64,000 bases of DNA from Eledone cirrhosa (lineage: Eukaryota). The position numbers were made by a program, and so were the translations under genes. Shown here piece by piece: positions 52,106 through 61,884 of this stretch. Where the stretch lies: NCBI GenBank assembly GCA_964016885.1, contig OZ024743.1, positions 63,798,001 through 63,862,000 on the forward strand. Direction: 5' to 3'. The notes under the pieces were generated by a model. That model did no database searches. It had not been told where the DNA came from and was given only the letters and a program-made list of their open reading frames with translations. Position 1 is the first letter of the stretch, and the number at the start of each line of letters is the position of its first letter.

Positions 52106-52679
52106 ATAGTTATCTGGCACGATGACAAAACATCAAGGAAGCTATAGAAATGTTATATAGTTTGGTGTATATATAACCATTTTTATACGTATTGTGTTAC
52201 ACTTTCACTGATAACACTCATTGTTGGGGAACAACAGGCTTTTTATAGATCACATAATGTGGAACAATCAATGTTCTCATATTATACATGCACACATGTG
52301 TGTGTATATACACACATATATATATGTGTGTGTGTATATACACATATATATATATATATATGTGTGTGTGTATACACACACATGTATATATATATATTTG
52401 CCTCAAATGGGAATATTCCTGTTCAACCCATGCTAGCGTGGAAGATTGACGTTAAACGATGATGATGATGGTGACGATATAACAAAATTTGTTTTCACTC
52501 TAACATACCGGATACATAAATGCATTTGTGAGTTTTATATCGAAAACATTCTATTTTTTAATTTTCGGCAAAGCCAGCCGCAAAATCGCTCGGTATGCAA
52601 ATTAGACTAATCTGCAGACGTATACTTTATAAAATAATGTATATTCTCAAGAGTTGTAGCATGTAGCAGAAAAAGATAC

Positions 52680-52724
52680 ACAATCTTGACAAAGGGCAAT
52701 AATCCTGAAACAATTGCCGATTGT
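52680..52724 (+). ncRNA. Hammerhead-like fold with U3-A8 core, probably inactive
   Basis: acaatc-TTGACAA-aggg..tcct-GAAA-caattg-cc-gattgt. Confidence 0.55.
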
Positions 52725-52967
52725 TTCTCTATGTCACTGCTATAACAAAAGGATGGCAATAGTCATCTAAAACACATAGCATTAAGAAGCTCTTTGCTTG
52801 TAAATGAATCGAATATTAATAATATTATTATCATTTAATCTAAAACTCACGAATGCATACACACACATACATGTATATATGTGTGTATATATCATCATCA
52901 TCATGATCATCATCGTTTAACATCTATCTTCCACGCTAGCATATATATATATATATATATATGTGTG

Positions 52968-55080
52968 TATAGGAAAAGGTTTGGAACCCCGACGGCAGAG
53001 CTCAAGGCGTTTCGCCGGCTATTTCAGTCGTCGGGGTCCCGAACCTTTTCCTATTACCCACTCTACTATCCTTCTTTAAAGGCTTCAACCTCTCTATACA
53101 GGTTGAGGCCAATCTCTCGGTCGTTAATTACCTCGACGTTATCCTCAATTTGTCGAATGGCTTGCACTGCCCGTATAGAAAGCCGAATGATACGCTTAAT
53201 TACATAAGTAAGCATTCCAACCATCCTGCCAGCATAACCAAGAACCTGGTAAGAAACGTTTCGTTGAGGCTTTCCCGTCTTTCCACCAACGAGCGCATTT
53301 TCAACGACCATTCCACTTATTACAATGAAGCTCTTGCTCGAAGTGGATTTGTCGATAAGGTAGCATATACAGAGTACGAAAATAGACCTAGAAGAAATAG
53401 ATCCCGTCGCATTTGTTGGTTTAACCCACCATATAATATGGAGGTGGCCATACCATTAGCTAAGATCTTTCTTTCCCTTATTACGAAGCATTTTCCCCCT
53501 ACACATAAATATAGTAAAATTTTTAATAGAAATACTATTAAAATTTCTTACTCTACGACTCCTAACCTTGCACATAACATCACAGCTTCAAATTTAGCTA
53601 AACTACCTAGCCGTAGGAACACGTGCAACCCTGTAGTTAGTACTAACTGTAATTGTAGGAATCGGGCTGATTGCCCCCTATCCGGGAAATGCCTCTCTAG
53701 TAACATTGTCTACAAATGTAAGGTTGTAACACCCACGTCCCGTAGGGCCTACATAGGGTTAACCGCCAATAGTTTCAAGCAGCGTCTTTACATGCATAAC
53801 CATTCTTTTCGTTACCCTCTAAGAAGGAATATGACATCACTTTCAGCTTATATCTGGAGTCTAAAAGACAACCACACCCAATATAAGTTACACTGGGAGA
53901 TCCTAGCTAGGGCTAGATCGTATAACGGAAATAAAAGACCATGTGACCTCTGCGCCGCTGAGGCCCTGGAAATTCTCTACGCCACAGACCACATCTTAAA
54001 CAAAAAATCTGAGGCAATTTCGGCCTGTAAACATAAATTGCACAAAACTTTCCTGTATTACAGCCCCACGTTATACCCTAACGAATAGCACGATCTATAC
54101 GTGGATATTTTACGTCTTGATGTGGGAGCTAAGTATATGTTTTGTTTATTCCTTTACTCATTTGCATAGGTAAGTATATATTACCCGTATGTTTTGTGAA
54201 GGTATGTATACCTTCTCGTACGTATATTTGACTGTTATGGCGTATAATTTTTACATATTCTGGTATTTAGGGTTTGGCTATGTGTATACTGGAGTTTTGC
54301 GTCTGCGTGAGTATGCAGGTTCGTACGTATTGTGTGTGTATATGTGTACTTCTTGTTTTAGTTGACTTACGTCTCCGAACATTCGTGTATTTATATGTAG
54401 GTATGCGTGTGCGCTTGTTATATACGTATTTATTTACTTATATACGTTTATATAATTATTTATTTATTTGTACACAAGCATACACACACACACACATATT
54501 TATATGTGCGTGGTTTTGTATACCTATGGTAAGGTTTTGCGTATGCTTGTGTATGTACGTATCTGTTTGCGTGTATGTATTTATTTGTTTCATTTACTTC
54601 TGTATTGTATTTATTTACTTTGTTCTTAACTCTGTAGCGGAGATTCATTTGGTCTCCTAGTTAGAATTTTAGTCTACGACTTCTGCTATACCATTTACGT
54701 GGTTTTGTCTTTGCGTGCTATTGTTCTCCACGCTCCACATATGACTTATTATCTTCGTTTTTTCGTTCATTGCCAGAGAACGTCTCTATGCACCACCTAA
54801 GAGAACATTAGTCTACGACCTCTTTTATACCATAAACGTGGTTCTGTCTTTGCGCGTAATTGTTTTTCACCGCTCCTATTAATGACGTATTATTCGTTTT
54901 TTCCCGTTCTTTGCCAGCGAACGTTAGCACGAACCAAAGTATCGTCTTCCTGTCTTCCTCCGGTTGCAACGTTTTTTGAAATATCCAGTTCTGCGTTTAC
55001 AGATTGACTTTGTTAGTTTCAGAAGATCCCGTTAAGGGTGAAAGCAGCGATTCTTTGCTTAAACTTTAATCTGTTATTTT

Positions 55081-55083
<3 letters not shown>
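52968..55083 (+). mobile_element. 5'-truncated Penelope-like element (RT thumb + GIY-YIG) in a TA tract
   Basis: VVNYLDVILNL and ORF 53150..54088: SNHP, WFNPPY, KIFNRNTIKISYS, CNCR..CPL..C, IVYKC..YIGLT..FKQR..H, CDLC..E. 3' UTR has a ~140-bp tandem duplication (54668-54925). Confidence 0.92.
55015..55065 (+). ncRNA. Hammerhead-like fold with CAGAAGA core (also at 31571-31622 and 31953-32004)
   Basis: agttt-CAGAAGA-tccc(gttaa)gggt-GAAA-gca..tgc-TT-aaact at the 3' end of the Penelope. Confidence 0.6.
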
Positions 55084-55166
<83 letters not shown>

Positions 55167-55174
<8 letters not shown>

Positions 55175-55503
55175 AGATCAAAAGATGGTTAAAGGAGTTC
55201 CATGTATTTTATTATGCGCATTTCAAAAACAAACATCATCATGCAATAATATTTGTGTTTTCATCAGATAAAACAGGAGAACATGATATGAAGGCTAAAA
55301 AACACTTGTGGATAGTGCAGTTTTAAATCAACATATTGTTGATTTAAAACTGCACTATCCACAAGTGTTTTTTAGCCTTCATATCATGTTCTCCTGTTTT
55401 ATCTGATGAAAACACAAATATTATTGCATGATGATGTTTGTTTTTGAAATGCGCATAATAAAATACATGGAACTCCTTTAACCATCTTTTGATCTTATAT
55501 TAT
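55167..55503. repeat. Perfect palindrome (167-bp arms, 3-nt loop at 55334-55336) of Penelope pseudo-LTR-like sequence
   Basis: Arms read as exact reverse complements; flanked by (TA)n, with an ~80-bp tail to 55586. Confidence 0.93.
55397..55463 (+). ncRNA. Type I hammerhead ribozyme (mirror copy on minus strand at 55207-55273)
   Basis: ttttat-CTGATGA-aaacacaaatattatt(gcat)gatgatgtttgttttt-GAAA-tgcgca-TA-ataaaa; palindromic stem III. Confidence 0.8.
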
Positions 55504-55610
55504 GTATACTCCAGTCCTACAAACTGTAGAGTGCTTCTTATCCGATATCTGCATTGCTTTATTGTACTACAATAAAACTCACCTCCTATATATATATATA
55601 TATATATATA

Positions 55611-57430
55611 GCACCACAATGGTCGAAAATATGAAGAGGAGAATTAGGCACTTCTTTAGCAAGGTAGGACTTAAAGTAGAGATGGAACCCAATAGAAAAG
55701 TAGTGAATTTCCTGGACACCACCCTCAACATCAACACCAAGCTACACCACCCATATTATAAACCCAATGAGAAGCTGGTGTATATCAACGCTGGGTCAAT
55801 CACCCTAGATCTATAGTTTAGGCCGTAGTTAAGAGTGTCTCTGACAGGATCTCTAATTTGTCAGCCAATAAAGAGATCTTCAATAGTAATGCTGATTACT
55901 ATAACTCAGCGCTAGCTAAGGCGTCCCACAGCCATAGGATCAGCTATAACCCTAAGGGACATGATCGAGATGACCCAAGGGTACCCTGGAACAATACCCT
56001 CAGGGGCATGAGTCGCCCACCTAATACCTCGGTGACCAGTAGTAACACTCATAGACCCCTATCCGTCACCACCCCCGGTAGAAGGTCCCGCATACCCCAC
56101 CGGTCTAATACCTATAACGCTGAGGACCACTGTGCTGCGGAGCAAATGCACCCCTGCACCGGCCCCACCACCCGCCGAACCCTAATTGAGCAGGGAGGCC
56201 GCACCTCGCAGGTTTATACCCCCCCGGTGGGCCCATATAACCCTCATGATAATGACCGCTCCCCACTCCTGAGTGACACCAACCGAGCTCGACCTGAGCT
56301 GTGCACAACCACGCGATGGACCACGGCGGACACCCAACAACCCCGCAAGAATAGGACCAGGAAGGTCACATGGTATAACCCTCCGTACTCGGTGGGTCTA
56401 CGTACCAGCCTGGCTAGAACATTCTTTAGTGTACTGGATAAAAGTTTCCCTAGAGCCCACAAGTACCATAAAATATTCAACAGGCACACGGTGAAACTTT
56501 CTTACTCAACCACACGCTCTGTGAGCTCAGCACATAGCTGGCATAAATAGGAATAGGCTCACTGCCTCTAACACCACCGTGAACCCCGGAGCCACCCAAC
56601 AGAACCAGCACGCGGGACGCACCGGAACCCGGACAGGCCCAACTAGCACACCGGAACCCAACGACCCTGTGCTGATTGCGGAGGCTACCCAGCCAACCCC
56701 GATTGATGGTAACCACGTGGTACATGTGGTGGGGCTTAAGAAGTCATGTAATTGCAAAGACCCATCACTATGCCCCCTTAGTAATGAATGCATGACGAAA
56801 AACGTAGTCTACAGATGCAAAGTCACAACCCCTAACTCGGAGCACCACTACATAGGATCCACAGCGACGAGCTTCAAAGATCGGTGGTATAACCATCGCC
56901 ATTCCTTTAACAGAATAGATTAGAGGAAATGTACGGCCCTTTCTGAATTGATCTGGAAGCTCAAACTTGAAAAGACCCCGCACTCTCTGGTCTGGTCCGT
57001 GGTTAGAAAGGTTCCCCCTGACAGAGACGGGTCTGGTATTTGCAACCCCTGTCTTAGTGTGACACTCGAGATACTTCATGGCGGAACCAAGCTATTAAAC
57101 AGAAGGGCCGACTTATTTGGTATCTGCAGACACCTAAGGACGGGAACTTTCCTCAAGCTATATGGATAAACCCCGGTTAAGGCCTCCCACAACCCCCCCC
57201 CCCCGTAGGTCCCTTACACCCCGTTCCAATGACCAATGGACAACAACAACCACCCATAGTTTGTGGTCCCTATGGTGGATGGTCCACCGGATCCTCTACT
57301 GGTTAGGAGTCATCAAAACCACGTTTTATTGAACCTGATTTTATATATATATATATGTATATGATATGTATATATATATATTTTATATGTGTATATGTGT
57401 GTATTTTATATATATATATGTATATATATG

Positions 57431-57508
<78 letters not shown>

Positions 57509-58365
57509 ATTTTATGTATATATGTATTTTATATGTGTATATATTTTATATATATATATAGTTTATATATGTGTATATTTTATATATATATATTTTATGT
57601 ATATATATATATATATACTTGTGCGTACATATATATATATATACACACCTGTATGGATTTGTGTGTGTAGATGTGTGTGTGTCTGAGTGGGTAGGTGTGA
57701 GAGTATGTACAAGTCAACCAACATAAGCCTTTTATTTCTAAATGTTCTAAACTATCTAAGTATTTGACTCTAACCATTATTTTAAGTATTACCACCCCAC
57801 ATTAATTCCTCAATTTGTATGTGTGAATGTGTGTGTGTGTCTGTGGAGGTGGGTGTGAGTGTAGTGCAATCCAACCTACATAAGACTATTTATTTGTAAA
57901 TTTTCTACTCTAACCATAAATTTCAGTAGCACCACTCCACATAAATTCCTCAACTTAAGAATGACCTGTAGCATCTATTTCATATTATTAATCTTAAGTG
58001 AATATATATCTGACCAAGAATGATTTTTGTGAAAATCAGTCATATGGAACTATTGTCATCTTGCCTGGCGGTTTGAACTTTACAGCACTACCTGCCTGTT
58101 TGAGGTCAAATACCAACCCTACTACCATCTACAAACTGACCAATGAGAATTAAGACAATTCCTGTTGACAACATTAAATTATTCCTAACAAGCTCATATG
58201 TCCCAAGGCTCTGATACCATCAACACTATAAACACAGAGCTGGCATATCTGAGAACTGACTAACTGCCTGATGAGGTCATAGCCATTCAATGGCTATTAT
58301 CGAAATATATATAGCAGTAAATAAAGGATTATGAGTTCATGCAATTCACTTATGTTTCGTCACTA
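55611..58365 (+). mobile_element. 5'-truncated Penelope-like element with stops/frameshifts
   Basis: VVNFLDTTLN, WYNPPYS, KIFNRHTVKLSYS, CNCK..CPL..C, VVYRC..YIGST..FKDRWYNH, CNPC; long 3' UTR ending in a hammerhead. Confidence 0.9.
58263..58318 (+). ncRNA. Type I hammerhead ribozyme
   Basis: actgc-CTGATGA-ggtcatagcca(ttcaa)tggctattatc-GAAA-tatata-TA-gcagt. Confidence 0.88.
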
Positions 58366-58367
58366 TA

Positions 58368-58459
<92 letters not shown>

Positions 58460-58497
58460 TGTATGTATGTATGTATGTATGTATGTATGTATGTATG

Positions 58498-58548
<51 letters not shown>

Positions 58549-59631
58549 TTTTATTTTTATTTATTTTTATTTTTATCCTTTTAGTATTGTAGTATTCTAT
58601 AATATTTTTTTATTTTTATTCTATTTTATTTTTAATATTTTTATATGTAAATTTTTTAATACTTAATATTTTTTAATACGTAGTATTTTTAATATGCAAT
58701 ATTTTTATTATGTAATATTCTTTCGTAATATTTTTTTAGTTTTCTATTCTATATTTTTATATATTTTTACTTATTATTATTATTATTGTTATCTTTGTTT
58801 ATAATATAATATATTATATAATATATATTTTCGATTAGTATATTGAAATCTGCTCTCTATTTCTGCTTGATAGATAATCTTGTAGAGTAATCGCAAGAAT
58901 AATAATACGCTCAAATTTCTATACCACATTGAGAATGCTTTCCGGTAACCTAGAGTTTGCGGAGTGAATCAGTTGGATTCACATTGATGTTTGTAGCTGT
59001 CACATAAACATATGAATTTTTTAAAAACTAAACATAAGATAATGAATTTTCACACATTGTGAATACTTGTTTCATTCAGGAATACTGATATTTACAATAT
59101 AGTGTAAGTTTTATAAATACTAATACATTAAAACATAGGGTTTTCTACGCCTCGAATATGTCTGGCTATTTTAAATTTTTTTTCTCTCTCTATATCTCTC
59201 TATATCTCTCTATATATCTCCCTTACATTAATACTTGAGCTAAATAAATAAATAAATAAATAAATAAATGTATCATTGATACACTTACTCAAAATGACCT
59301 CCCACTACCTAATTTTCTATATATATATATGTATCTATCTCTATCTCCTCTCTCTCTATATATATATATCTCTTTCTGTCTCTTTGCATGAAGCTCTTCG
59401 CTTAATCTATTTTTCCATCTCTCTATTTTGTCCCATGCATTTCTTCTTTTTCTTTTTCTTCTTTTTCTTCCTTTTCTTCGTTTTGTCTTTCTTTCTTTCT
59501 TTCTTTTTTCCCTCTTTTCTTTCTCTCTTTCTTTCTCTCTGTATTTTCACTGCTAGCGTAAACCTCTCCAAATGAAGTTGATGTTTATTACGGTATGTCG
59601 AATATATTTATCTATAAAACTGTTTATATTG

Positions 59632-59697
59632 TATTTTGTCTGATGAAGGCATAGCATATTGTTAATATGATATCCCCGAAATATATATAATGAAATA
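59632..59697 (+). ncRNA. Type I hammerhead ribozyme, partly decayed
   Basis: tattttgt-CTGATGA-ag..catatt(gtt)aatatg..cc-GAAA-tatata-TA-atgaaata. Confidence 0.65.
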
Positions 59698-59825
59698 AAT
59701 ATGGTTTTATAAATATAGTTTTCCATTTATTTAATATTGTAAATATACTCCAAATATTTGTCGAGTGCTTTTATATCAGTTATAAATATTTACTAGTTGT
59801 AACCCAACAATTTTAAATATAACTT

Positions 59826-59900
<75 letters not shown>

Positions 59901-59945
59901 AAGTTAAATAAAAAGTCAAATGTTTAAAATTTAGCTTCGTTTATT

Positions 59946-60000
59946 ACTGCTATATATATTTCAGTGACAGCCGTCTTTGGCTGTGACCTCTTCAGGCAGT
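59946..60000 (-). ncRNA. Type I hammerhead ribozyme (inverted copy)
   Basis: Reverse complement of 61632-61686 with one substitution. Confidence 0.85.
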
Positions 60001-61631
60001 CTGAATTAGTGTAGTATAGACAAGTACATATGTTGTTGAGGTGTATAATATTGCCCCCTTGGTAATGAATGCCTCAAGAAGAACCTAGTATACGGTGTAG
60101 GGTTAAAAGCCCCAACTCCGAACACCTCTACATAGGAGCCACATCAATGAGCTTTAAAGACCGCTGGTACAACCATCGCCATTCATTCAATAAGGAGGCC
60201 AAAAGGAAAAGCACGGCTCTCTCCGACCTGATCTGGAAGCTTAAGCTGGACAGGAACCCGTACTCTCTGGCCTGGTACATAATCAGGAAAGTACCACCCG
60301 ATAAAGGGGGATCTTGCATATGCAAACTATGCCTGAACGAGGTGGAAGCGGCCTGATAAACCTCAGAACCGACTTCTTCGGGACATGCAGACACCTTAGA
60401 GCCGGGACCTTCCTCAAGATATATGGACAGTAGCAACACTAGAAGATGTGAACTCCCCTTAAGCTATAGGGACTTATACAGAACATGTAAACACCTCTCG
60501 GCCAGACCTCCCTCAAGCTATATGGGCAGTAACAACACCCTAGGTTTTGAACTCCCCTCAAGCCATAGGGAACAACCCAGGCTGAGCAGACACCATGATA
60601 GCCTAGAGATTGAATCGGACACAGCCATTATAATTTGGCCAACATCTATATAACACAAACACATTTTAATTTACTTGATTTCTGATTTTCAAATTCCAAT
60701 TTTAAATCTTGATTTCTTTTTATTAATTTGTTATTTGTTTTCTGCCCTCTTCACTGTATCACCTTATATTTATGTTTAAGTTGAGATTGATTATAACACA
60801 AACACATTTTGTTTGATTATCTTATTTTAACATCTTGTCCCTCATACCAATCTATCCAACATATTTCTGACCAGAGATTGGTTATAGCACACACACACTT
60901 TATCCTACTTTATTTGAATCTTCATTTTATTTTTCACTTCTCCATATTCATTTTCATTACTTTTTCACCAATTTTTCATTTATTCTTTATTCTTTATTCT
61001 CTATTTATTTATTTTCAAATTATACAAATTATATTATTTATTTTCTGTTTTCTTCATTTATTGTCTTATATTTCTTCATATACATGGAAGACCCTCCCCC
61101 CCCACCACCACTATGAGAGATGGTGGCAGGAGGGATGAAGAAAAAACACACACTGGATACTTCTAAATTGTCAGCAGCAGCAAGACATAAGCTGACCACA
61201 ACACCAACAACACTACCAAAATAATGGCAGAGGTCAAATGTACTTAACAATAGCAAACACAAACACTACAGGGAGCCTCACCCCAGAAAGAATTCTATAG
61301 ACTTCTGACTGAGGAATGCTCTCAGAACTGACCAATGGGAAGTTTGACACTTTTTTTGTTATTTTGTTCCTTTAACACCTTGTCCCTTCTACCACTTTAT
61401 CAATTTGTTAAGCTAACTCCAACAATAACAACACTTAGAATGAGGAATGTTCTAACAACTGACCAATGAGAGGAGAAGAGGCCCTTTGACACTGAAATTC
61501 GTTTGTTTGAATTCATATGATTCCAGTTCCTCAGTGAAATAACAACCCAACCAGGAACTGGGCATATCAGAGTATTGGCAATATTATACACCTCAACAAC
61601 ATATGTACTTGTCTATACCACACTAATTCAG

Positions 61632-61686
61632 ACTGCCTGAAGAGGTCACAGCCAAAGATGGCTGTCACTGAAATATATATAGCAGT
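61632..61686 (+). ncRNA. Type I hammerhead ribozyme
   Basis: actgc-CTGAAGA-ggtcacagcc(aaagat)ggctgtcact-GAAA-tatata-TA-gcagt. Confidence 0.88.
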
Positions 61687-61835
61687 AATAAACGAAGCTA
61701 AATTTTAAACATTTGACTTTTTATTTAACACTTTATTTTACATTACTCCGGAGTAACCAAACCAACCTGCGCACTTCGTCGAGTGCTCCAGCCTGCATAC
61801 TGAGGTGTTGGTATACAACCAACATATACTCAAAA

Positions 61836-61880
<45 letters not shown>

Positions 61881-61884
<4 letters not shown>

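Larger units (their letters stand above)
59895..61838 (+). mobile_element. 5'-truncated Penelope with inverted 5' pseudo-LTR
   Basis: 59895-60055 is the reverse complement of 61577-61739. GIY-YIG fragment at 60052-60430 (LYIGATSMSFKDRWYNH..CKLC). (TA)n on both sides. Confidence 0.9.

Noticed and set aside
51813-52109. Gly-rich ORF with a hydrophobic stretch
   Set aside because: Arises from a (GGT)n tract; no splice or homology support visible.
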